A DNA stretch of 64,000 nt from Candidatus Bathyarchaeota archaeon (GTDB lineage Archaea; Thermoproteota; Bathyarchaeia; Bathyarchaeales; Bathycorpusculaceae): contig CAWEPZ010000009.1 of the NCBI GenBank assembly GCA_963811105.1, positions 64,001 to 128,000 on the forward strand. The letters run 5' to 3'. This document shows, in pieces, positions 30,189 to 40,619 of the stretch (position 1 is the stretch's first letter; the number at the start of each line of letters is the position of its first letter). The notes under the pieces are model-generated. The model saw only the letters and a list, made by a program, of their open reading frames with translations, did not search any database and was not told the DNA's origin. Made by a program: the position numbers and the translations under genes.

Positions 30189-32378
30189 ATGGAATCAGCA
30201 AATAATCAGGAAAATGGATCTCCGAAACTTCCGCCAAGAATTGGCAGATTATTAGAACTTGCCAACAACTTGTGGTGGAGCTGGCATGAAGAAGGACGAC
30301 AGGTTTTCCGTTCTTTAGATTATGGTCTATGGCGAATCAGCGGACATAACCCAGTCAAGCAGCTACGTAGCATTAGTACAGAAAAGCTAGAGGCAGCAGC
30401 AAGAGACCCCGTTTTCCTAGAATTTTATGACATTGTAATGTCAAAATTTGATGCAGAAATGTCAAGAGGCACCGATTGGTGTGGCCAAACAAGCCCCGGC
30501 AAACCAAATGGGCAAATAGCCTATTTCTCAGCAGAATATGCAATCCACAATTCATTACCAATATATGCAGGGGGCTTAGGCGTATTGGCAGGAGACATAT
30601 GCAAAGAATGTTCGGATCGTGGGCTACCATTTGTTGCAGTCGGATTTATGTATCCTCAAGGCTATTTCCGCCAGCGCATTTCTCCCGAAGGCGACCAACA
30701 AGAAGATTACATACAACTAAACTTCGACGACGCACCTATTTCACCTTGCGCTTGGCCTTACGGATGTGGGCCTCTAATTCCGATTCAACTTGCAGACCGC
30801 CAAATCTACGTCAAAGTATGGCAGGTACATGTTGGTCGCGTTAACCTGTATCTAATGGATACTAATGTCGATGAAAATCGTCCTGAAGATAGAACATTGT
30901 CAGCACGCCTATATACAGCTGATCAAGAAGAACGACTGCGACAATTAATAGTTCTTGGCGTCGGTGGAGTACGAGCGTTACGCGAGCTTCACATTGAACC
31001 AGTTGTATGGCATGCAAACGAAGACCACACAGCTTTTATGATACTTGAACGTCTCCGATTGGAACGAGCTAAGGGAGCATCATTTGAAGATGCAATTGAA
31101 AATGTGCGCCGATGCACCGTTTTCACTACCCATACCCCGGTCGCAGCTGGTCATCATGTTTTCAGTTTTCAATTAATGGACCACTACTCTCGCAACCTTT
31201 GGGAACCTCTAGGAATAGACCGCGAAACCTTCTTGAAACTAGGGCAATATCAAGGCTCCAGTCCCGAAAAATTCAACCTCACAGCTTTCGCCTTTCGTTT
31301 AGGGGGTCAATACAACGCAGTATCTAAACTCCACGGCAAAATAACTAGAAAAATGTGGCAAGTCCTTTGGCCAGATAAGCCGGAAGAACAAATACCGATT
31401 TTATCTATTACAAATGGCGTTCACCTGCCCAGTTGGCAAGCACCGGAGATTAGTGCGCTCTGCGAAAAAAATCTTGGTTCAGAGCGGCTGCAAAGGCAAG
31501 ATGAAGAAGTATTCTGGAAATGCTTCGATGGAATATCTGATGAAGAATTGTGGCAAATGCGTCAAACATTAAAAACACGATTAATAAACACTATTCAAGA
31601 CCGAGCACAACAACGCTGGACACAAAGCGGCGCCACCACTCAACAAGTGATTGCCATGGGTTCATTGTTGGATCCATATGCATTAACAATTGCTTTTGCT
31701 CGTCGATTCACCGAGTACAAACGACCCTACCTCCTTTTATCGGACATTGATCGATTAAAACGTATAATCACGGATCCAGTTAAGCCAATGCAAATAATCT
31801 TTGCAGGCAAATCCCATCCAGCTGATTACCAATCAAAGCAACTTCTTAAACGGGTATACCAAGCAGCTCTGGATAGAGGATTTCAAGGACGCATTGCCTT
31901 TGTCGAAGACTACGACCTCAATTTGTCACGAGATCTTGTCCGGGGGGTAGATGTATGGCTTAATACTCCCAAACGTCTACAAGAAGCATGTGGAACAAGC
32001 GGAATGAAAGCTTCAATGAATGGAGTGATAAACCTTAGTATTCGCGACGGATGGTGGGACGAAGCATACAACGGCAAAAATGGGTGGGCAATAAACGATT
32101 TTGACATGAGTCTTATGGACGAGGACAAAACAGATTCCGAATCGCTTTATAATCTTCTTGAAAACGAAATTGCACCTCTTTACTACGACCGCGACCGAAA
32201 AGGAGTACCACATCAATGGATAAAAGTCGTCAAAGAGGCAATAAAAACTATTACTCCAGCCTTTAACGCTTGTCGAATGATGAAAGAATACACACTCCAA
32301 ATGTACTTATCTGCCGTCGGACAGGCAGAAACAAAAAGTAATTCAATCGAGGGAAAAGAAATTGGAAACAGACAATAG
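30189..32378 (+). CDS. glgP: Alpha-glucan (glycogen/maltodextrin) phosphorylase
   Basis: NLWWSW, YFSAEY, YAGGLGVLAGD, ITNGVH, FARRFTEYKR, EACGTSGMK (PLP Lys). Confidence 0.96.
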   Translation: MESANNQENGSPKLPPRIGRLLELANNLWWSWHEEGRQVFRSLDYGLWRISGHNPVKQLRSISTEKLEAAARDPVFLEFYDIVMSKFDAEMSRGTDWCGQTSPGKPNGQIAYFSAEYAIHNSLPIYAGGLGVLAGDICKECSDRGLPFVAVGFMYPQGYFRQRISPEGDQQEDYIQLNFDDAPISPCAWPYGCGPLIPIQLADRQIYVKVWQVHVGRVNLYLMDTNVDENRPEDRTLSARLYTADQEERLRQLIVLGVGGVRALRELHIEPVVWHANEDHTAFMILERLRLERAKGASFEDAIENVRRCTVFTTHTPVAAGHHVFSFQLMDHYSRNLWEPLGIDRETFLKLGQYQGSSPEKFNLTAFAFRLGGQYNAVSKLHGKITRKMWQVLWPDKPEEQIPILSITNGVHLPSWQAPEISALCEKNLGSERLQRQDEEVFWKCFDGISDEELWQMRQTLKTRLINTIQDRAQQRWTQSGATTQQVIAMGSLLDPYALTIAFARRFTEYKRPYLLLSDIDRLKRIITDPVKPMQIIFAGKSHPADYQSKQLLKRVYQAALDRGFQGRIAFVEDYDLNLSRDLVRGVDVWLNTPKRLQEACGTSGMKASMNGVINLSIRDGWWDEAYNGKNGWAINDFDMSLMDEDKTDSESLYNLLENEIAPLYYDRDRKGVPHQWIKVVKEAIKTITPAFNACRMMKEYTLQMYLSAVGQAETKSNSIEGKEIGNRQ

Positions 32379-33561
32379 TTTTGCACAATTGTATTTCGAC
32401 CGAGCAGAAGCTTTTATGATTACAATTAGTAGCGATGAGACCGTTATTGACATAAACAAAAAAGCATGCGAAATTCTTGGTTATTCAAGTGATAAAATTA
32501 AGGGCAAAAATTGGTTTGATACCTTTGTACCAACCGCCAAAAGAATAGAAGCTAAACGTTTATTTCACGACGCCTTGAAAGGAAGTCTTAGTCACCTGCA
32601 TTTTGAATATCCACTCATTACTAAACAAGGGGAAGAACGGACTTTTAACTTCCATAATTTACTTGTTGATGACGAAAAAGGCAATGTTATTGGCGTGATA
32701 AGCTCAGGGGATGACGTTACAGAGAGAAGAATAAAAGAAAAATCATTAAAGGAGGTTGAAAACCGCCTCCAGGTCTCATTAGATTACATGATTGAAGCCT
32801 GCCAAATTATCGATTATGACTGGCGTTATGTATATGTAAATGAGGCTGCAGCTAAACAAGGACGCAAAACTAAACAAGAATTATTAGGGTACACAATGAT
32901 GCAAGCTTATCCAGGCATAGAAAAAACAGAAATGTTCAATCATCTACGAAACTGCATGGTAAATCGTATACAGCATCAATTGGATAATGAATTTACATTT
33001 CCAGATGGATCCAAAGGTTGGTTTGAACTTCACATAGACCCCGTACCAGAAGGAATACTGATTTTGTCCATTGACATTACCAAGAACAAAGCAGTAGAAG
33101 CTGAGCTAAACAAATATCGTTATCGCCTTGAGCATGTAGTGGCAGAGCGCACAGCTGAATGCGCGAAAGCAAAAGAAAACCTAACGCGTTCGCAGCAAGA
33201 ACACCAAAGGACTTTACAGGGGCTTAAACTAAGAGCAACGATCCTAGATAACGTTGGGGAAGCCATATTTCTGCTAAACGACAAAGGAGCTTTTGAATAT
33301 GCCAACGAAGCAGCGTCAAAAGCATATGGCTACAGTCTCGATGAACTCCTGAATATGAATATTCGCTCGCTTTTGCCTCGGGCCGATGCACTCTCAGTGG
33401 ATTCATTTCTTAGACATGTTGTTGAAAAAGGTGAAACGAGCCTAGAAATGATTCATTTGCGGAAAAATAATTCTTCAATGCATGTGAAACTATACTCCAA
33501 TAAGGTTAAGACGTTACATGGGCAATTCATTGTTGTTGTTATCCGTGAAAGTTACGCATGA
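32362..33561 (+). CDS. Multi-PAS sensor protein without an output domain
   Basis: Three PAS repeats (INKKACEILGY, VNEAAAKQ, ANEAASKAYGY) and a LEHVVAERT coiled coil. Confidence 0.85.
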   Translation: METDNSFAQLYFDRAEAFMITISSDETVIDINKKACEILGYSSDKIKGKNWFDTFVPTAKRIEAKRLFHDALKGSLSHLHFEYPLITKQGEERTFNFHNLLVDDEKGNVIGVISSGDDVTERRIKEKSLKEVENRLQVSLDYMIEACQIIDYDWRYVYVNEAAAKQGRKTKQELLGYTMMQAYPGIEKTEMFNHLRNCMVNRIQHQLDNEFTFPDGSKGWFELHIDPVPEGILILSIDITKNKAVEAELNKYRYRLEHVVAERTAECAKAKENLTRSQQEHQRTLQGLKLRATILDNVGEAIFLLNDKGAFEYANEAASKAYGYSLDELLNMNIRSLLPRADALSVDSFLRHVVEKGETSLEMIHLRKNNSSMHVKLYSNKVKTLHGQFIVVVIRESYA

Positions 33562-33697
33562 CATCAATAACATAAATACCGCCTCGACATTGTATGCGCG
33601 GATTCTCTGCTTATCAAGGTTAGTTGGACTCAAGAAATAGAATTAATTAGCAATTGAAAAAGTGGGTTCTTCAAACGAAATTTGTTTTTGTGAAGAA

Positions 33698-33829
33698 TTA
33701 CTTTTTGCCTTTGCCGGAGTGTTTTGCTGGAAGTGAAACCTGCTTTTTCTGTTTTCGTTTCTGGTCTTTTTCTCGCTGTAATTGCTTGTGCTTTTCCAGG
33801 CCTTCAGCTTTCTTTACTTTTTTAGACAA
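33698..33829 (-). CDS. Small Lys-rich protein (43 aa, not in ORF track)
   Basis: TTG start, MSKKVKKAEGLEKHKQLQREKDQKRKQKKQVSLPAKHSGKGKK, upstream AGGTTGA. Confidence 0.55.
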   Translation of the reverse strand: MSKKVKKAEGLEKHKQLQREKDQKRKQKKQVSLPAKHSGKGKK

Positions 33830-33948
33830 ATATATCAACCTTGGCAGGCATTAGAAAACAACCGAACTCAAAAACCTTCTGCTTTAAACAGTCGCCAGCT
33901 AAATTTTAATACATAGAAGTCTAAGCTAAAATCAGAGAGGTAAGCAAT

Positions 33949-34104
33949 TTGTCAATTGTTAAAAAAAACTGTCCCAAATGTGGCTCGCAAAATGTACAGA
34001 AAAATAAAAATCAAGAGTACCGTTGTATCGAATGCGGAGAAACGTTCTATTTTGTTACCCCAGAATGCGGTTCTCAAACCAATCTTGAACGATACAAACT
34101 TTAA
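33949..34104 (+). CDS. Small zinc-ribbon protein (51 aa)
   Basis: CPKCGS..YRCIECGE; GAGGT RBS and TTTTAAT TATA. Confidence 0.7.
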   Translation: MSIVKKNCPKCGSQNVQKNKNQEYRCIECGETFYFVTPECGSQTNLERYKL

Positions 34105-34342
34105 CAACATAAATTAGCGTCTATTACCTTCAACCAAAAACAAATAATTTAGAACTGATTTTCTGATAGAGCGGAGTCATTCTTGATTTGAGCATTTTTG
34201 TTTTTGTTTGTTTTAATTTGGGAAATCGCCTAAATACTTTTCAATATTATTGTGAAATACAGAAAAAAATATGTCAACATATCTGAAGAAATCTCGATTC
34301 ACAATTCCACAAAACTGCAAGATAGGCTAGCGAGGACGCTTA

Positions 34343-34906
34343 TTGGAAAAAATCATGCATAGTTCGTTACCAGAAAATGAAATGACCAAAAAAAATGGTG
34401 GAAATAAAATGTTCAGAGATAGAGAAGAAATGCGGCGTAGGGTACAGGAAATAGTTGAGAAGTTTCGCCAAAAAGGTGCAACAACCCCGGAAAAAGCCAT
34501 GAGCCTTCGTGAGTTGGATCTGCCTCCGCGTTTTGAACAAGCCATGAATCGAAGACTTGGCCAATTAGGCATTTTTGTCGAATTAAACGGCAGATACTAT
34601 CTTAATGAAGAACGTCTTAAACAAATGGAAGACCAACGAGCCAATATGCAGTCTGGACGAGGGCGAAGTGGTGGCTTGAATAGTTCGTCCCCGCCGACGT
34701 GGTATCGAATTGTTGGAATTGTCCTTATGTTACCCTTCGGCATTATCATAACACTGGTATTGTTTTACTTTGTCGGCTTCGAGGGAGGATACTTCCCAGG
34801 AGAATTTCTCATAATTTTATTAATTATCTTCCTAGTATTGTTTGCGGTACGATTGTTGTTCCGAAGCTCAAGAAGGAGATATTATCGTGAACAGAATAAC
34901 ATCTGA
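34343..34906 (+). CDS. Hypothetical protein with wHTH-like N-terminus and two C-terminal TM helices
   Basis: KFRQKGATTPEKAMSL..GRYYLNEE, then hydrophobic helices. Confidence 0.75.
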   Translation: MEKIMHSSLPENEMTKKNGGNKMFRDREEMRRRVQEIVEKFRQKGATTPEKAMSLRELDLPPRFEQAMNRRLGQLGIFVELNGRYYLNEERLKQMEDQRANMQSGRGRSGGLNSSSPPTWYRIVGIVLMLPFGIIITLVLFYFVGFEGGYFPGEFLIILLIIFLVLFAVRLLFRSSRRRYYREQNNI

Positions 34907-35587
34907 TTGCCTAATTCGACAATTTAAATTGGTTGAGGTAGGCCGGATCGGGCTTACCCCCTAAACAGACTGTGAGAACTCAAATCGGGTTCAAAAACTT
35001 ACATTAAGTGCATAATGAATCGTTATTTAGGCCAACATTATTTGCCTGAAACCAGCAATTTTCTGAAATCAAAATTAGTTTTCATACGGTCTCTAAAGAT
35101 CTAGGTACGTTTGCTCAACCAACTGGTTAAGGCTGTTTTTGTAAATTTCGACCAAGGTTTGAAGCTGGCCGTCCGTAGTCCAAAACGGGTGGGTGTTCAA
35201 GCCGCAAGCTCTCTTGGTGCCGTGGAACGGATTCGATCCCCAATTCTTTAGCAGACATAGTTTAACGTTAATTTATTGTCATAACGTAAATCTTATATCT
35301 TACTATTGATTATATAAGTGTAAAAAGCAATGTTCAATTGTGTTGCCATACCACAGGATGAACGATAAAATGAATAATCAATCTCGGTGTTGTAAGGAAA
35401 AGCTGGATAATAGTACCATTAAGATAGTTGTATCGCTAAACGATGTCTCACTTGAAGTAAGAAAAAAAGCAGCCAGCGAACCAATTTACATTACTCATTT
35501 GTAAGCAACTACGCACATGATAGTAAGCGAGCTCGCTAAGCTAGCCAAAAGCTGAAATTGGAGAGAAAAGTTTGGATAACGTGCTAA

Positions 35588-35975
35588 ATGAGAATTTGAG
35601 CAAATTTTTCTCAAAGAAAAACCGAATTTTCAGTCTGGGCACCTTACAAAAGTAAACTCTCAGTTGTTCTTCCAAAAAAGTGAGACCCAGAGAATAGGCA
35701 AAGTTGATAACGGGTATTGTCTCTTAGAAATTGAAGGAATAAAACCTGATACCCGATATCAATTTCGTTTGAATGATAAAATAGATAGATCGGATCCCGC
35801 CTCACATTTTCAACCTGAAGGCGTCTTTGGTTTATCATCAGTTATTGATCATTCGTCTTTCCTTTGGACAGACAATGACTGGGTTGGAATAAAGCTGAAA
35901 AATATGGGTAATGTACGAATTACATGTCGGCTCTTTCAGCGGACAGTGTACTTTTGCTGGCGTAAAGAGTCTGAA
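35588..35975 (+). pseudogene. treZ: Malto-oligosyltrehalose trehalohydrolase N-terminal fragment
   Basis: MRI*ANF, FSVWAP, RYQFRL..DPASHFQPEGVFG..SVIDH..WTD and YELHVG in shifting frames. Confidence 0.75.
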
Positions 35976-36314
35976 CAAGAAATGATAAATGTCAAACAGA
36001 CTTGGTCTTAGACAAGAAGTCTGTTCTTGGTTGCTGCCTCTTTTGATTTCGTTTTTTAAACAAGCTCCAAAATCTGGGTTCTGCTATCTTGATTGTCAAT
36101 CCATTAATGAATTTTGTAAGCTGCCTCATAACATGGTCGTAGATTGGTGTGCAGCCAATTCATTTTCAATTCAGTAATAAGTAGCCTGTTCAACGAAAAA
36201 ACAGCCTTGCTGAGATACTATTTAAACTTAAAGTTGTTAAAAAACAACAATCCTTAATTCTTTGATTGATCCTTCAAGTGAAGGTTTATTGTTTAGAGAG
36301 AGGCGAAAAATGAA

Positions 36315-36437
36315 ATGTTATCACGTGATTGTGATGGTTGTTCTACGTTGTTTGAGTGTAAACAACGTTTTGAAAAAGTGACTGTAGGCGAAAAAGTCTT
36401 TTGCCCCGATGGCACAGCTCATCTAGTCGACGGCTAA
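36315..36437 (+). CDS. Small Cys/His protein (40 aa)
   Basis: MLSRDCDGCSTLFECKQRFEKVTVGEKVFCPDGTAHLVDG; GAGG RBS. Confidence 0.55.
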   Translation: MLSRDCDGCSTLFECKQRFEKVTVGEKVFCPDGTAHLVDG

Positions 36438-36570
36438 ATCCTCAAACTAAGTATTAGGTTCAATATTTCTCCAAAATTCATCACCCTTCTTTCTTCCCTG
36501 ATATATTCCAAGCTTGAAACATCTCTTAAATAACGCACTCAACACCAAGTGTTGAGGAGCAGTGGTTGGA

Positions 36571-36708
36571 ATGACCTGTAAGAGCTTTAAATCCTGTGCT
36601 AACTTTCACATCGGAGACTACGATTGTGATCACTGTCCAGAGTCTGGGAAATGTAATAAGTTCGTTGAAAAATATACGCCTCAAACCTGCCTATCTTCCT
36701 TTACATAA
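36571..36708 (+). CDS. Small Cys-rich protein (45 aa)
   Basis: MTCKSFKSCANFHIGDYDCDHCPESGKCNKF..; TTAAATA TATA and GAGGAG upstream. Confidence 0.5.
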   Translation: MTCKSFKSCANFHIGDYDCDHCPESGKCNKFVEKYTPQTCLSSFT

Positions 36709-37142
36709 CGCTCAGAGATTCTGATCTGCAAGTCCATAAGTAAAGCCCAGTCTTTAGCTTGTTCTGAGTTTCTTTGATTTTTTTTGTTTTCATTCTCTGC
36801 ATATCCTGTTGTGAACACATTTAGTTCAAAGTCTATGAGGTAAACCCACCGGTTGAAAGAATAGATCCGGCTATTGTAGGATACCCCATAATTGGGAAAG
36901 ACAATGGAAACGAAGTAGTCAAAGATGAAGTGCGGATTCGTCCTAGGAATCTGGGGCAAAGACATAGAACAAATTAGCACTGTCTTTTCAAAACCGGCGC
37001 CAAAAGTGAAAAGTAATTAAAAAAGCACTCTTGAATCAACCGAACCCACAAAACCCAACGAGAACCCAGAAAAGATTCCAGGGTAGTCTTCAGAGAGATT
37101 TCGGAGAAAGAGTTTTATCTGTTAACAGGTAAAAAATAAGCG

Positions 37143-37661
37143 GTGTCTCAAATGCCTTTTTGGAGCAAGAACAAAGTAACCTCTAGCGATGGCAAAACAT
37201 CTCCTGTTAAGCCCATAATTAATGACTCATTAGTAGCTAAGCTAGTTTCAGATATTAGCGCCGATTTAACTTGCGGTCTACAGCAGGCTGTTGATATCGC
37301 TGAAAGGGGTGATTATGAAGGCATTGAGGCGATGCGGGAAGCTATAAAGTTAAGAAGCGGGAAAAAAGAAGTTAATTTTTATGAAGCTGGGCTTCGTATA
37401 GGTAACGGTGAAGATTTTTACAAGCGAAAAGAAGACGCGCCTAAGAAGATTCTCGAGCTTGCAAAAAAACATGCTTTACTTAAGGACCTCTACTACTCTG
37501 GAGATTTGATTACAGCTGTTATGTCTTTTTTTGAAGCAGATTCTTTGCGAAATTTGTTAATGGAAATTTTTAAAGTGGGTGGAACACGTGAAGCATTTAA
37601 TTTTCAACTAGTTTATAATGAAATACGATGCACTTCCAAAATTAATAAGCTGAAGTCTTAG
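37143..37661 (+). CDS. Hypothetical protein
   Basis: 172-aa helical ORF with MPFWSK-type start. Confidence 0.65.
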   Translation: MSQMPFWSKNKVTSSDGKTSPVKPIINDSLVAKLVSDISADLTCGLQQAVDIAERGDYEGIEAMREAIKLRSGKKEVNFYEAGLRIGNGEDFYKRKEDAPKKILELAKKHALLKDLYYSGDLITAVMSFFEADSLRNLLMEIFKVGGTREAFNFQLVYNEIRCTSKINKLKS

Positions 37662-37767
37662 GTAAAACACTGAGATAGTGAGGAAATTTTTATAGTCAAA
37701 CCTTGCTACACATATTTAATATTCCGAAGTCCTGCAAAAGAAAAATCAAGGAAGTTTAGTGCTCGAA

Positions 37768-38253
37768 TTATTTGACAATTAGCACGGTGCATTTTGCTTG
37801 GTGGACGATTCTTTCGCTTGTACTACCAAGAAGGAATTCTTTGATTTCGCTTTCCCCCATATGACCTACTACTATTAAATCAAACCCGCCATTTGCAGCA
37901 GTTCTAATTATCTGGGACGGCGTGTTTCCTTCTTTGAGTTCAGTGGTGATTTTAAGCATGGGTTTAAGTTTAATCGCCCTTTCAGCGGCATTTGACAAAA
38001 CTGCTTCATGCACTTTTTGAAGGTCTTTGATAAAGGCAGACATATTCGACTGGTCACCGATTGTATCTTGAGGATATCCGGACGCTGGAAACTGCGAAGA
38101 CATGTTTGCCCGGTATCCCGATTCTGGAGGTGGCTGAAAAACGTTGAGAATTAGAATTGATGCAGAAAACTTATCAGCGATTTCAAGAGCATAATCCAAA
38201 GCCTTTTCAGAGTCTTTAGAGCCGTCTACACCCACAAGAATTTTTGTTATCAA
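37768..38253 (-). CDS. Universal stress protein (UspA family)
   Basis: KILVGVDGS..DLIVVG..LLGSTSERIVHQAKCTVLIVK. Confidence 0.95.
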   Translation of the reverse strand: MITKILVGVDGSKDSEKALDYALEIADKFSASILILNVFQPPPESGYRANMSSQFPASGYPQDTIGDQSNMSAFIKDLQKVHEAVLSNAAERAIKLKPMLKITTELKEGNTPSQIIRTAANGGFDLIVVGHMGESEIKEFLLGSTSERIVHQAKCTVLIVK

Positions 38254-38644
38254 ACGGTAGTTCCTCTAAGTTTAATTTGTAATGGAAGTTCATAGCTTTT
38301 TCGAATCTGAGCGATCGCTCTGTGATTATGTAATACGGACATTAGTTTAGAAATTAGAAATTTAGAAAATTCATGTATTCTTCAAAAATCGAAAATAAAT
38401 TATTGAAATGAGTGTCTCATCACAAGACCAGATTTATAACAGAAAGTTCCCTCTGGACCCGCACGGGTGCAAATGGGGAACAAAAGCAATGTTGTTTGTA
38501 CTGAGACAAAGAATAAGTCGATAAATCCAGAGTTGGGCTTCAACCTCAGCAATAACATTCGAAAATCAATTGAAACAGCTAATCTCACAGTTTTCGAACA
38601 CCCAATCTACACATAATGGTTTACCATCTAAAAATGAAGCTTTG

Positions 38645-38722
38645 TGGTGGGCCGGACCGGATTCGGACCGGCGACCTTCTGCACGTCAAGCAGATGTCCT
38701 AACCAGGCTAGACGACCGGCCC
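38645..38722 (-). tRNA. tRNA-Val(GAC), CCA encoded
   Basis: GGGCCGG acceptor stem, anticodon arm TCTGC-TTGACGT-GCAGA, T-loop TCCGAAT. Confidence 0.93.
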
Positions 38723-38914
38723 ACAATGATATTTTTTATTCTGTTTTTTCTATATAGACTCTTCGTCTTTTTTTGACGCGATGCATATTGAAAATTCCCC
38801 GCTTCTATTAATCTATTTCCCAATTTCTCGATGCACTCGGAGCATTTCCTATGATAAAATGACAGCAGTTTTAAGCTACTTAATCATATATAACAACAAA
38901 CTGGGGTAAGGGCT

Positions 38915-40165
38915 ATGGCAACCGATGAAGTGCTAACTTTGCTTCTTGATTTCATAAACAAAAACTCAAACGCTGCTGACGTCCAATGGGATCGACGCAT
39001 GAGTCCACGGTTGCTGTTTAACCCGTACTCAGAGAAGTATGAGGAACGCAAGATTATTGCTCATTACTTTCTGTTGGCTGCCTCTATACTTGATGATACT
39101 GTCATCGGTTACCCTGAAAATGCCCGAATGTTGTTGTCATATCTGCATGAAGCCTTCGGAAACAGTTTTTTCGAAATAAAAAAAGGGCATATTTTTGAAG
39201 AAGAAATAGTAAAATGCGATTTTTACAACGATTTAGGGCCAAACAAAAAAGCAGCATCCGAAATTATTGCGGCCGTTAACCTATTTGTAAAGGAAAAAGC
39301 AGAAAGGAACCTACTGAAATATGCTCAAAGATTCAATAAACCTAAGGCTTTTATCGATGACATTTCTCAAAACCTCAAAGCACTCAGTGGGCCACATATG
39401 GATAAGGCATGGATTTACATGAGGTGGATGGTGCGGCCCTTACCGGACTTGCAGATTTATGATCATTTTTTGCCAGAAGACCTCTACGTTCCATTAACCA
39501 TAGAAAATGCTAACGTAGCTGCAAGCTTAGGTTTAATATGTTCAGCTTCACCCTCGTTGTGGCGAGATGAACGCTCAGCCGCAGAAGCACGGCAGAAAAT
39601 AACTAACTTTGCAAAACGTCTTTTTCCTCAAGACCCTGCAAAAGTTGATTACCCCTTTTCCCTCCTAGGCAGATGGCTAAAACAAAAAACCTTAAACCGT
39701 TACACCTTGAAAACTGCACTTGACTTCCTTGAACGCATGCAAACAATAACTGGGCAATCCCAAGCTTACTACCAAAAAATGAGTCGATACAAAAGCGGAT
39801 GGGAGAAAAAAACAGCTCTTACTCTTCTAAAAATGCATATTTCTTTTGGGTACGAAACCATAAGTTTTCCATTGCCCAACAATGAAGTTTATACTCCTGA
39901 TTTTATTTTAGAAAAGAAACTTCATGGAAGAAAAATAATTCTTGAACCTCACTTTGAAATGACCAAAAGGCAAGCTCAGAAATATGCCTTATTCAAAAGG
40001 ACTTATGGTCATGAGTTCTTACTGATTCTTCTGCTTAAAAATGATTTAATCCCCATGTATCATCAACGCAAAATATTAACCGATGATGTCTGCGATGACG
40101 TATGGCCGATTGAATTCATCCATTTGTTGGCTGAAAAAATTAGAAGAGGCACCTACGGCGAGTAA
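38915..40165 (+). CDS. DUF2400/TIGR02757-like helical protein fused to a PD-(D/E)XK endonuclease domain
   Basis: KAWIYMRWMVR, LYVP and FPQDPAKVDYP; C-terminal YKSGWEKK..YE..YTPDFIL..ILEPH. Confidence 0.7.
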   Translation: MATDEVLTLLLDFINKNSNAADVQWDRRMSPRLLFNPYSEKYEERKIIAHYFLLAASILDDTVIGYPENARMLLSYLHEAFGNSFFEIKKGHIFEEEIVKCDFYNDLGPNKKAASEIIAAVNLFVKEKAERNLLKYAQRFNKPKAFIDDISQNLKALSGPHMDKAWIYMRWMVRPLPDLQIYDHFLPEDLYVPLTIENANVAASLGLICSASPSLWRDERSAAEARQKITNFAKRLFPQDPAKVDYPFSLLGRWLKQKTLNRYTLKTALDFLERMQTITGQSQAYYQKMSRYKSGWEKKTALTLLKMHISFGYETISFPLPNNEVYTPDFILEKKLHGRKIILEPHFEMTKRQAQKYALFKRTYGHEFLLILLLKNDLIPMYHQRKILTDDVCDDVWPIEFIHLLAEKIRRGTYGE

Positions 40166-40235
40166 ACCTCTGAAATCACAATGTAAAAAGCTTGGTTAAT
40201 TAACCTGCATTACTCTCTATTGCGAAGATGGATCA

Positions 40236-40619
40236 ATGGAGCAAAACAATTTCAAATCTTATGTCGTATGGCTTATAATCAACGGAAAACCTGAAGAAGC
40301 CCTCGAATTGCTCGCAAAAAACTATAGGGTTAATGTTCCCGACCTTAAAGTCGGCTTGCCGAAAAAACACAAAATTAAAGCATACGGCTGCTACACAAAC
40401 AAAAACCAAACAATCGCAGTCCAAAACAGCGACATTCTCGTAAACCCCTTCGTTATCATTCACGAGTTTTACCATCACCTACGCAGTAAGGGTGCTGATC
40501 GAATGCACAAGGGGACAGAGGGCAATGCTGACAAATTCGCTCTTGATTTCTTACAAGAATATCAGAGGTTTATAATTACTCAAAATCTTTCTCAGAATCG
40601 TAACCAATCGGACCAGTAA
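40236..40619 (+). CDS. Small HExxH minimal metallopeptidase-like protein
   Basis: YGCY..IIHEFYHHL..EGNADKFA. Confidence 0.75.
   Translation: MEQNNFKSYVVWLIINGKPEEALELLAKNYRVNVPDLKVGLPKKHKIKAYGCYTNKNQTIAVQNSDILVNPFVIIHEFYHHLRSKGADRMHKGTEGNADKFALDFLQEYQRFIITQNLSQNRNQSDQ

Noticed and set aside
37912-37922. CTGGGACGGCG matching the recombinase hairpin arm
   Set aside because: Inside the usp coding sequence with no partner arm; likely chance.
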